The position numbers were made by a program, and so were the translations under genes. Below are positions 1 through 8,467 of a stretch of 40,032 bases of DNA, piece by piece (the first letter of the stretch is position 1; every line of letters begins with the position of its first letter). Source of the stretch: an uncultured Candidatus Micrarchaeota archaeon (GTDB lineage Archaea > Micrarchaeota > Micrarchaeia > Anstonellales > J096); NCBI GenBank assembly GCA_938083015.1, contig CALKCX010000007.1, positions 1 through 40,032 of the forward strand, written 5' to 3'. The notes below the pieces were generated by a model, which had not been told where the DNA came from, made no database searches, and saw only the letters and a program-made list of their open reading frames with translations.

Positions 1-282
1 GATGCAACCAGAACTATTTTCATATCGACATTGACTAATCCTTCTTTACTATTATTAATTATACCTCTAATATTAATATTTAGAATAGCCAAAGTACAAA
101 TTATAAAAGTCGAAGATAGCAATATAGTAATTGTAAAAAATATACTTAATAGACCAATTAGACGATTAAAAATCGTAATTCTAGATCGAGAATACACGAC
201 AGATGAACAAGGAATGATAAAAACTAATTTACCAGTAGAATCTAATAACATCAAGATAAAGGGCTTCTGGATAAGGTTATAA
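1..282 (+). CDS. 3' end of a membrane-anchored surface protein (5'-truncated by window edge); paralog of 39424..40032
   Basis: Frame is open from base 1 (DATRTIFISTLTNPSLLLLIIPLILIFR...). Hydrophobic helix, then a ~60-aa tail with YTTDEQGMIKTNLPVESNNIKIKGFW identical to the paralog at the other end. Confidence 0.8.
   Translation, partial: DATRTIFISTLTNPSLLLLIIPLILIFRIAKVQIIKVEDSNIVIVKNILNRPIRRLKIVILDREYTTDEQGMIKTNLPVESNNIKIKGFWIRL
176..274 (+). repeat. Inverted repeat copy A (99 nt), partner at 39432..39530
   Basis: Manual alignment to the reverse complement of 39432..39530 gives 97/99 identity, with mismatches at 188 and 225. Confidence 0.95.
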
Positions 283-627
283 TAATTTTAGGTGGCCAGT
301 AATCTTATCTAGTATCTCTTCAGATTCAGGACCAATACAAATAGCTGTAATAGTCCCAGGTATAAGTTGAGTTAATCCGCTATCTCTTATGATAACAGCT
401 TCTAACCCTGCTTTATAAGCATCTTCATATATTTTCAATAATTCCGTCTCTGTTTGAACTTTCAATACTATTTTCTTTGCCCCTGTTTTTAACCATTCAA
501 GAGCTTTATCTTTATTTTTATTTAATACTCTATAAAATCCTTCTACACTAGCATGAGCAACCTGTGCAGCTAATTTACCTTTTCCCATTTCTAAATCTAA
601 TCTTACGATTATCACTTGTTTAAGCAT
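277..627 (-). CDS. pth2: Peptidyl-tRNA hydrolase Pth2 (archaeal/eukaryotic type)
   Basis: KQVIIVRLDLEMGKGKLAAQVAHA, KIVLK, IRDSGLTQ, IGP motifs. Confidence 0.95.
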   Translation of the reverse strand: MLKQVIIVRLDLEMGKGKLAAQVAHASVEGFYRVLNKNKDKALEWLKTGAKKIVLKVQTETELLKIYEDAYKAGLEAVIIRDSGLTQLIPGTITAICIGPESEEILDKITGHLKLL

Positions 628-661
628 ATTATTAAAAATTATTTACATTTTAAATAACAAT

Positions 662-1633
662 ATGAATTATCAACTAGTATTGATAGTGGCATTGTCTATA
701 GTATTATTGATTAGCATATATTTAGTAATTGAAAAAGATAAAGAGCTATCTCAATCTTATTCTAAAATATCTGATTTAGAAGCTAAATTAAATTATATGC
801 AATCAAGAAATGAGCAATTGATTAAAGAATTAGAAATTATTAATAGTAAATTGCCACAATATGAACAAACTAGGTATTATTTAACATCTAGAATTAACGA
901 ATTAGAGAATAAGCTTATAGAATTAAATATTAGTCTTGAGGAAAAAAATAAAATGTATGAACAATTATTAGATCAGTATATTCAATTAAATAAATCTTTA
1001 GCAGAGTTTGATAATAATAAAATTCTAATAGAAGAGATACGTAAAATGTTAGATTGGGTAGGTACGAATTACAAGGGCACGTCATCAATATATGAAAAGC
1101 TTAAAAATGAAATTGTTCAGTATTGTCTAAACAATTCTATATTAGATCTTAGTTGTAGCTATTATGTAATAGAAAATTATATAACATATGATAATAGTAT
1201 GAATGCTGTAACAATATTTAATGCATTGGAAATGAAAAAAGGTGATTGTCTTACTTATAGTATTTTAATGCACAGATTAATAACAGATCTAAGACCAATT
1301 AAGGTAAAATATATAGTTAGAAACATAGGTATTGATCATAAGTTTATAATTAGAGATCAATATTATAATATCAAAGATCATTCTTCAGAAACCATAGATT
1401 ATAAAATATCTAAAGTTGTATGCTATGGTAATAGAGGAGCTGGGCATTGTGGTTTAGTATTTGACGATTTATTAATAGATTACAAATATGGTAGATATCT
1501 AGGTAAGATCGGTGATAATATAGATTATTGCAAAACAGAATCTTGTAAATGGAAAACAGGGTATATAACTATGATAATAGATAGCAATGATATAGAATAT
1601 TTAGATAGATCTTTAAGAAGATTGTTAGGTTGA
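662..1633 (+). CDS. Membrane-anchored coiled-coil protein with C-terminal transglutaminase-like (Cys-His-Asp) domain
   Basis: N-terminal TM helix, ~100-aa coiled coil, then KGDCLTYS...GAGHCGLV...LLID triad pattern. Confidence 0.65.
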   Translation: MNYQLVLIVALSIVLLISIYLVIEKDKELSQSYSKISDLEAKLNYMQSRNEQLIKELEIINSKLPQYEQTRYYLTSRINELENKLIELNISLEEKNKMYEQLLDQYIQLNKSLAEFDNNKILIEEIRKMLDWVGTNYKGTSSIYEKLKNEIVQYCLNNSILDLSCSYYVIENYITYDNSMNAVTIFNALEMKKGDCLTYSILMHRLITDLRPIKVKYIVRNIGIDHKFIIRDQYYNIKDHSSETIDYKISKVVCYGNRGAGHCGLVFDDLLIDYKYGRYLGKIGDNIDYCKTESCKWKTGYITMIIDSNDIEYLDRSLRRLLG

Positions 1634-1637
1634 GTCA

Positions 1638-3320
1638 ATGGCAAAACTATCGTTAAGTTCTAAAATACCTAAAAAGAGAATAGCAGTTATAGATAAAGAG
1701 CTATGTACTAAAGAAGAATGTGGATATCTTTGTGTAAAGATATGTCCTGTAAATAGAAGTAAGAAAGAATGTATAAAATTAGATCAAGATGGATACCCAG
1801 TAATAGATGAAGGTTTGTGTATAGGTTGTGGATTGTGCGTACCTAAATGTCCTAATGATGCTATAAGAATAATAAATCTTGATTACGAATTTAATAGAAC
1901 AGTACATTCATTTGGAGTAAATAGTTTTCGAATATATAGTTTACCATTACCTAAAGAAGGAGCTGTAGTTGGATTCTTAGGTAAAAACGGTATAGGTAAG
2001 ACAACAATATTAAATATATTGTCTAAAAAGCTAGTACCTAATTTTGATAAGAATGTTCAAAATTGGGAAGATGCTTATAAACATATGACTAATATTGAAA
2101 GATCTTTTTTCTCTAATAATAAAAAGATATCTATAAAACCGCAGAATATTGAGATATTTAGGAATTCGAATATAACTTTAGGTCAATTATTATCTGAACT
2201 TTCTTTGAATTTACCTTCATTTGACCATTTACTTCATAGAAGATTAGATCAATTAAGTGGTGGAGAATTACAAACATTGCTTATAGAAATAGCTTTAAAT
2301 CAAAAAGCTCAATTATACTATATAGATGAACCTACTAATTTCTTAGATATACATCAAAGATTAAAGTATGCTATTAGAATAAGAGAAGTATTGGAAGGAA
2401 AAGACGTAATTATAATAGATCATGATATTGCCTTTCTTGATTATGTTGCCGATTATCTATATTTGTTCGTAGGTGAAGAAGATGTATTTGGATTTAGTTC
2501 TGAGATAAGAAATACGAGAAATGGTATTAATGAGTATTTAGAAGGTTTTCTAAAGACAGAGAATTACAGATTTAGAGAAGAGATTAGGTTTGATGACTAT
2601 TCTGAAACTGAACATAGTAATTCTGTTTTAATAGAATATGAAGATATGGATATAAAAATAGGTGATTTTAGTTTAAAAGTACATAAAGGAGATATAAGAA
2701 TAGGAGAGATACTTGGAATATTGGGTAGGAATGGTATTGGTAAAACTACTTTTATATCAAAAATAGTAAATATGTATGATAATTTAAGATTAGCTTATAA
2801 GCCCCAATATATAATACCGTCTGATCAATTTGTTAAAGATCTTAACATAAATAATAATTTGATTGAAATGTTTAATATAAGAAGATCAATTATGGATAGA
2901 AAATTAAATCAATTAAGTGGTGGACAATTGCAAAAAGTATATATAGCTTATACTTTATCAAAAGATGCCGATATATACTTATTGGATGAACCTACAGCTT
3001 ATTTAGATATAGAAAATAGGATAAGGTTGATAAAGATTCTTAGAAAATATGCGAGTGAGAAACAGAAATCTATATTGGTTATAGATCATGATATTATGTT
3101 TATGGATAGATTAGCTCATAGATTAATAGTATTTGATGGAGATCCGGGAAGATATGGTATTGGGTCTTCGCCTATGGATAAGATAGAAGGTATGAACAGA
3201 TTTTTATCAATTTTAAATATAACTATGAGAAGAGATCCAGATTCTAGAAGACCTAGAATTAACAAACCAGGTAGTGTACTTGATAGAGAACAGAGAATTA
3301 GTGGAAAATTCTATTCTTAA
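1638..3320 (+). CDS. rli: Ribosome recycling ATPase ABCE1/RLI
   Basis: N-terminal Fe-S Cys motifs (CTKEECGYLCVKICP; CIGCGLCVPKCP), two GxNGIGKT Walker A motifs, two LSGG signatures, RPRINKPGS tail. Confidence 0.95.
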   Translation: MAKLSLSSKIPKKRIAVIDKELCTKEECGYLCVKICPVNRSKKECIKLDQDGYPVIDEGLCIGCGLCVPKCPNDAIRIINLDYEFNRTVHSFGVNSFRIYSLPLPKEGAVVGFLGKNGIGKTTILNILSKKLVPNFDKNVQNWEDAYKHMTNIERSFFSNNKKISIKPQNIEIFRNSNITLGQLLSELSLNLPSFDHLLHRRLDQLSGGELQTLLIEIALNQKAQLYYIDEPTNFLDIHQRLKYAIRIREVLEGKDVIIIDHDIAFLDYVADYLYLFVGEEDVFGFSSEIRNTRNGINEYLEGFLKTENYRFREEIRFDDYSETEHSNSVLIEYEDMDIKIGDFSLKVHKGDIRIGEILGILGRNGIGKTTFISKIVNMYDNLRLAYKPQYIIPSDQFVKDLNINNNLIEMFNIRRSIMDRKLNQLSGGQLQKVYIAYTLSKDADIYLLDEPTAYLDIENRIRLIKILRKYASEKQKSILVIDHDIMFMDRLAHRLIVFDGDPGRYGIGSSPMDKIEGMNRFLSILNITMRRDPDSRRPRINKPGSVLDREQRISGKFYS

Positions 3321-4092
3321 TAGCATATATTGCAGCTCTTACATAGCCAGGTCTTATCTTCTTATTTAATATCGTTTTTGGATTTTTATATATCTCTTGC
3401 CCTATCCACATGTACAATTCTGTAGCTGTATTTATCGGTATTTTATATATTTTGGGCATGTCTAATATGTATTTTTTTGAACTCTCTATCCATCCCCAAG
3501 CTATTCTAAGTTCATATCTTAATAGATCTCTAAGATTATTATTAAATATATTAATATCGACATCGAATATTTGTCTATGTTCTATTGGTAAATATACACG
3601 ACCTATCTTTAAATCTTCATACACATCTCTGACAAAATTTATCATCTGCATACCTCTTCCTAATAATCTGGCCCCTTTGAAATATCTATTGTCTAATCCT
3701 AATATTCTAACTATGGCCATACCTACAATCTCAGCTGAACCATACATGTATTGAAGAAGCTCATTATATGTATACTCTTTTTTATATATATCGTATTCCA
3801 TAGATTTAAAGAATGCCTCTATCCAATCTTTTTCTAAACCTACTCTATCCATGAAATCTACGAATTGTTTAGCTATTTTATATTCCAGATTATTTAAAGT
3901 CCGATCTATATTGTTTAATACAAGGTCTTTTATATTAAAAAACAATTCTAATTTTTGGGGATGTTTATCGACTAAATCATCTACAGTTCTTAGAAAAGCA
4001 TATAACAAAGATATATTCTCTCTTATATTTTCTGGAAATAATAGATTAGATATTCCATATGTGTGACTTGATTTTAAAATTATCTCATTCAT
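3298..4092 (-). CDS. crtB: Phytoene/squalene synthase family protein (CrtB-like)
   Basis: LYAFLRTVDDLVD and QMINFVRDVYEDLKIGRVYLP aspartate-rich motifs; YMYGSAEIVG. Confidence 0.85.
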   Translation of the reverse strand: MNEIILKSSHTYGISNLLFPENIRENISLLYAFLRTVDDLVDKHPQKLELFFNIKDLVLNNIDRTLNNLEYKIAKQFVDFMDRVGLEKDWIEAFFKSMEYDIYKKEYTYNELLQYMYGSAEIVGMAIVRILGLDNRYFKGARLLGRGMQMINFVRDVYEDLKIGRVYLPIEHRQIFDVDINIFNNNLRDLLRYELRIAWGWIESSKKYILDMPKIYKIPINTATELYMWIGQEIYKNPKTILNKKIRPGYVRAAIYAIKNRIFH

Positions 4093-4113
4093 AATATTAT
4101 TACATCTATCAAT

Positions 4114-5079
4114 TTAAATATTCTGTTTTAACCTTCTAATAGCTTCTACATCACCTTTATAGAATTCTTGTCTATCAAATATAGATGTAACAGGGTATTT
4201 TTTATGTTTATATATTGATATCATCTCGTTTATTTTATCAATATCAATTCTCTGTTTTAGATTTTTCAATAGTTTGTACCAATCTATAGGTATACCGTGA
4301 GAAGCAAAAAGTATTTTAAGCTCAAACAGATAATTATCGCCCTCTATTAAATAGGATTTTAAAAGAGGGTTCATCTGACCTTTAAATCCAGCTTCGTATA
4401 TTTTATCTGTAAATTCTTTATCTTTTAGATTTTCAATTTGAAATAGAATTTCTATACGATGTATTACATCTTTGTATTTTTCCAAATCTAATAATAAAAA
4501 TACGGGCTTTCTAAACATTATTGGAATTAGATAATCAGGAGTTAGATTTAATAAAGCGCCTATATCGATAAACAAATTCTTTCCTATTAGATAGTTTATA
4601 ATTTTAAACCTAAGATATTTATCTAAAACATCTAATCTATCAAGATCTTCGATAAGTTTCGATACCGATTTATAGTTTTTAGCTATTTCTTCTAAAGTAC
4701 TACCTAATTCTTTTTCATCTACATAACGTCTATATTCTAAATATCGATCTAAAGCTTGGGGATTCTGTATGATCTCTTTTATCAACAGAGATTCTATGTT
4801 TATTTCTGGAAAAATTAGATATGCCTTGATAACAGGTTTTGGAATATCGTGTTTTATTATATATGGTTTTATACTGTGAATAGCTTGCTTAGTGTCTATT
4901 CCTAATTCTTTTGATAATTCATAGAATTTAATAAGATTTGCAAATATGTTACTATAAGCATGATTTAAAGTAGTTAAACTTGGATTATTATTGTAATAAT
5001 CTAATAAAGCTTTGAATTCGTTTTCATATCCAATCTCGTGTAAAAATTTTATCATCATATAAGCGGATATTCTTTTCAT
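4114..5079 (-). CDS. Hypothetical protein (helical, soluble)
   Basis: 321-aa ORF filling the gap between crtB and tmk; no recognised motif. Confidence 0.7.
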   Translation of the reverse strand: MKRISAYMMIKFLHEIGYENEFKALLDYYNNNPSLTTLNHAYSNIFANLIKFYELSKELGIDTKQAIHSIKPYIIKHDIPKPVIKAYLIFPEINIESLLIKEIIQNPQALDRYLEYRRYVDEKELGSTLEEIAKNYKSVSKLIEDLDRLDVLDKYLRFKIINYLIGKNLFIDIGALLNLTPDYLIPIMFRKPVFLLLDLEKYKDVIHRIEILFQIENLKDKEFTDKIYEAGFKGQMNPLLKSYLIEGDNYLFELKILFASHGIPIDWYKLLKNLKQRIDIDKINEMISIYKHKKYPVTSIFDRQEFYKGDVEAIRRLKQNI

Positions 5080-5127
5080 ATATTATGGAATAGTTTAATA
5101 TTATTTTTAAATAGCTTATTAAATATT

Positions 5128-5676
5128 ATGAAGGTTGCTGTTGAAGGTATAGATGGGGCAGGTAAAACTACTATATCAAGAATATTGGCCAGCAAGTATA
5201 ATATAGAATATATAAAATTTCCTAGATATGAATTCATACCTATGATAAAGAGACATTTAACAGGAGAGATAGTACTTGAAGATAGGGTAACTGTGTTACT
5301 ATTTCTAGCTGATATCTTAGATGGTATAAACAATAAAACTAAATACATAGCTGATAGATTATTCTTTTCTACAATAGCTTATTCTAAAATGGATATAGAT
5401 ATGTTGATAAACACAATTGAGATTTTTAATATAGATTTTCCCGATTATGTAATATATCTTGATATTGATTTAAATACAGCTATATCTAGAATAGCAAAAA
5501 AATGGGATATATCTGTTTATGATAAAAATAAAGAATTATTAGAAAGGGTAAAAACTAGATATGAATGGTTATTTGATAATCATAAGATAAAATCTAAGAC
5601 AAATGTTCTATGGATAGATGCAAGAAAAGATCTTGAAAGCGTATTATTAGATATATATAAATCAATAAAATTCTGA
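5128..5676 (+). CDS. tmk: Thymidylate kinase
   Basis: VEGIDGAGKTT P-loop, DRLFFSTIAY motif, PDYVIYLD. Confidence 0.9.
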   Translation: MKVAVEGIDGAGKTTISRILASKYNIEYIKFPRYEFIPMIKRHLTGEIVLEDRVTVLLFLADILDGINNKTKYIADRLFFSTIAYSKMDIDMLINTIEIFNIDFPDYVIYLDIDLNTAISRIAKKWDISVYDKNKELLERVKTRYEWLFDNHKIKSKTNVLWIDARKDLESVLLDIYKSIKF

Positions 5677-5886
5677 AAGTTTATATCCTTGTTGTAATAA
5701 TGCACCTTCAAGTAGACCATATGCATAATCTGCTGCAGCAATAGCATTGAAGTATTTACGATTCTTAAGAAAGTATTTAGCATCGTTGATATAATCTTGA
5801 GCTTTATTCCATATACTTTGTTTTATCTTTCCCTTGCTATACCATAATAGGTTTTCTGCTTTTAATATTGCAATTGTTGTTCTCAT
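5662..5886 (-). CDS. DUF357-like small archaeal protein
   Basis: AQDYINDAKYFL...AIAAADYAYGLLEGA pattern; ATGA-coupled to metG. Confidence 0.75.
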   Translation of the reverse strand: MRTTIAILKAENLLWYSKGKIKQSIWNKAQDYINDAKYFLKNRKYFNAIAAADYAYGLLEGALLQQGYKLSEFY

Positions 5887-7424
5887 GTTCCTATACTTTG
5901 TTTAAGTATATCAATTTCATTTTCTAATTTTTTAAACGGTATTATACTTCCGCCGAATACTATTTTATTAGGATATCTAAGATCTATATCTTGACCATAT
6001 AGTTTTAATATATTAGACGTTGTAAATGGTATAAATGGGTATAATAGTTTGGTTACAAACATTGTACCGAATAATACTTTTGATATTATTGGTTTAGCAT
6101 GATTATAATCTAGCTTCCAAGGTTCTTTTTCAGTTAATATCTTATTGTAATATCCGACTAATCCCATAGCAACTTCAAGACCTTCTTTCAATTTTACGTT
6201 ATCCATATACTCGATGTATCTATTGTATGCGTTTATCTCATCTTGATCCATATCTGTTTTTTCTAAATCTCTACCATTCCAAAGCTTCAATATTCTAGTT
6301 ATAAGATTACCATAATTAGCAATAAGATCGTTGTTAATTTTATTTTTAAAGTCATTAAAAGAAAAGTCCGAATCTATTAGACCTGATGGAGAAATTGTCG
6401 TCATGTAATATCTTATATAATCTGGGTTAATATGATTTAAAGTAGCTTCTAATGATAAAAACCATCCTCTACTTTTTGAGAACTTCTTACCTTCTAATGT
6501 TAAATAACCTCTAACCGGAATTTTATAAGGTAAATTCATATTTGCACCGTAAAGCATAGCAGGCCAGAATAGATAATGATGATAAATTATGTCTTTGCCT
6601 ATGAAATGATATATTTTAGAGTTATTCCATACTTCTCTCCAATCTCTTCTTAAAGCTCTTAAAGAACCGATATAACCTATTGGAGCGTCAAACCATACGT
6701 AAAATACTTTTCCAGGTAAATCTGGTACAGGAATTCCCCAATCTAGATCTCTAACAATATCCCAATCTTGTAAATCATCTAACCATCCTTTAAGATAATT
6801 ATATATTTCAATATCAGCTATTTTTATATTGTATTCTCTTAAAAAATTAGCAAAATAACTAAGTTTAAAAAACAGATGATCGCTGTCTCTAAGCTTAGGT
6901 CTAGTATTGGTAATCGTACAATATGGATCTATTAAGTCACCTACATGTAAAGTCTTTCCACAGTTTTCACATTGATCAGCGTATTGATCCTGTGCATTGC
7001 AGTATTTACATTTTCCCTTAATATACCTATCGGGCATAAATTTATTAAGTTCTTCACAATAATATTGAGTTACCTTCTTTTGATATATGTATTGTCTAAG
7101 AGCTTGGTAAAATTCTAATGTAGTAAACCTATTTTCTTGACTAGAAGTCCAATGGAATATATCAAATTCTATACCTAATCTTTTGAATTCTTCTAAATCT
7201 TTATTATGATAATATCTTACCAATTCTATAGGAGCTATTCCTCTTTTCTCTGCCTCTATTACTATCGGAGTACCATGATCATCTGTTGCACATATAAAAA
7301 TTGCCTGTTCTCCTTTCATCTTTAGGTATTTATAAAATATATCTGCGGGAAGATATGTACTTTTAATATGTCCTAGATGAATGGGCCCATTGGCGTATAT
7401 CAAAGCTGCAGTTATGATATTCAT
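5883..7424 (-). CDS. metG: Methionyl-tRNA synthetase (short form without C-terminal EMAP/Trbp domain)
   Basis: YANGPIHLGH, CATDDHG, Zn-knuckle CKYC/CENC, FYVWFDAPIGY, KFSKS. Confidence 0.96.
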   Translation of the reverse strand: MNIITAALIYANGPIHLGHIKSTYLPADIFYKYLKMKGEQAIFICATDDHGTPIVIEAEKRGIAPIELVRYYHNKDLEEFKRLGIEFDIFHWTSSQENRFTTLEFYQALRQYIYQKKVTQYYCEELNKFMPDRYIKGKCKYCNAQDQYADQCENCGKTLHVGDLIDPYCTITNTRPKLRDSDHLFFKLSYFANFLREYNIKIADIEIYNYLKGWLDDLQDWDIVRDLDWGIPVPDLPGKVFYVWFDAPIGYIGSLRALRRDWREVWNNSKIYHFIGKDIIYHHYLFWPAMLYGANMNLPYKIPVRGYLTLEGKKFSKSRGWFLSLEATLNHINPDYIRYYMTTISPSGLIDSDFSFNDFKNKINNDLIANYGNLITRILKLWNGRDLEKTDMDQDEINAYNRYIEYMDNVKLKEGLEVAMGLVGYYNKILTEKEPWKLDYNHAKPIISKVLFGTMFVTKLLYPFIPFTTSNILKLYGQDIDLRYPNKIVFGGSIIPFKKLENEIDILKQSIGT

Positions 7425-7471
7425 GTATACCTATGATTAAATAGATTTAAAAAAGTTTAGATATATAAATA

Positions 7472-7526
7472 CACGATGATGAAACGAGGTATTACTGATA
7501 TGATGATGAATATGTTTACTGAGGTG
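7472..7526 (+). ncRNA. Box C/D guide sRNA (2'-O-methylation guide)
   Basis: C box ATGATGA 7476-7482; 12-nt guide; D' CTGA 7495-7498; C' ATGATGA 7500-7506; 12-nt guide; D CTGA 7519-7522; CAC/GTG terminal pairing; TTTAAA about 25 nt upstream. Confidence 0.85.
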
Positions 7527-7531
7527 ATAAT

Positions 7532-7900
7532 ATGATAGTCGGAGATGTTATCAATCAAGTAGCAGTAATAATAAAAGATAGAAACAATGTACCTTTTCCA
7601 GCTTTTAATCTTAGAATTCTAGATGTAGTAGAAGATAAAGATGTTACAGTTATAAAATATGAAGTTACCTTTGATTATGGAAATGCAGGTAAAATCGTAT
7701 TGACAGGAGAAGTCTATGAGAAGGGAGAAGAACATAAATTAGCTAAATTCTGGAAGGATAATAATAAATTGCCCAATGATTACGTTCCACAATTTATGAG
7801 TTTCGTTAACTGGATAGCTACTGTACATGCAACTGTAATATGCCAAACTATTAGATTTAGACCACCATTATTGCCTTTGACTTTTAATGTAAAAGAATAA
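7532..7900 (+). CDS. Conserved archaeal hypothetical protein (possibly SecB-like fold)
   Basis: GAGGTGA SD at 7521-7527. Beta-rich N-half (YEVTFDY...GKIVLTGEV) and C-terminal helix plus PP motif recall a small archaeal family; the fold call is from memory. Confidence 0.6.
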   Translation: MIVGDVINQVAVIIKDRNNVPFPAFNLRILDVVEDKDVTVIKYEVTFDYGNAGKIVLTGEVYEKGEEHKLAKFWKDNNKLPNDYVPQFMSFVNWIATVHATVICQTIRFRPPLLPLTFNVKE

Positions 7901-7901
7901 C

Positions 7902-8339
7902 ATGATATACGATTTGATAATTAAAGATAATCAATGTGAAGATTTTAAATTAGATCAATTAAAAGGTAAATGGTTAGTCTTATATTTTTATCCAAAAGAT
8001 AATACACCAGGTTGTACATTAGAAGCTAAAGATTTTAGTAATCTCTATAAGGATTTTCTATCCGAAGATTGTGAAGTAATTGGAGTAAGTAAAGATAGTT
8101 GCGAATCTCATAAGAAGTTTATTTTAAATCATAATTTAAGAATAAAATTGTTAAGTGATAAAGATGAAGTATTGCACAATAGATTAAATGTAAAAAACAG
8201 ATCTACTTTTTTATTTGATCCATATGGAAAAATAGTAAAAGAATGGAGAGGTGTAAATCCTATTGGTCATGCAGAGCAAGTATTGTTAACTCTTAAAGAA
8301 ATAAAAAAGTTTAAAAATAATTCTACTGATGTTAATTGA
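7902..8339 (+). CDS. bcp: Peroxiredoxin Bcp/PrxQ
   Basis: LYFYPKDNTPGCTLEA, GVSKDS, RSTFL. Confidence 0.92.
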   Translation: MIYDLIIKDNQCEDFKLDQLKGKWLVLYFYPKDNTPGCTLEAKDFSNLYKDFLSEDCEVIGVSKDSCESHKKFILNHNLRIKLLSDKDEVLHNRLNVKNRSTFLFDPYGKIVKEWRGVNPIGHAEQVLLTLKEIKKFKNNSTDVN

Positions 8340-8353
8340 GGTGTTAGATAGAA

Positions 8354-8467
8354 ATGGGGGCAATACCTAGAAAATGGAAGAAGAAAAACAGAATGAGATG
8401 GAAATGGATTAAAAAAAGAAGAAAGAGAATAAAGAGGAAAATAAAAAGAAGAGTAGGCGAATTATAA
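8354..8467 (+). CDS. rpl41e: Ribosomal protein eL41 (L41e/aS32), 37 aa; not in ORF track
   Basis: Translates MGAIPRKWKKKNRMRWKWIKKRRKRIKRKIKRRVGEL*; GAGGTG SD at 8338-8343; matches the archaeal PRKWKKK.RMRWKW.KKR pattern. Confidence 0.9.
   Translation: MGAIPRKWKKKNRMRWKWIKKRRKRIKRKIKRRVGEL

Noticed and set aside
1-282. Terminal inverted repeats of a transposon or linear virus
   Set aside because: The repeats lie within coding sequence of paralogous genes and enclose core housekeeping genes; no transposase or viral genes.
1-282. Diversity-generating retroelement TR/VR pair
   Set aside because: No reverse transcriptase in the window, both copies are coding, and mismatches are not confined to adenines.
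5883-7424. MetRS lacking the C-terminal tRNA-binding domain as a pseudogene or novelty
   Set aside because: Short monomeric MetRS forms are common and all catalytic motifs are intact.
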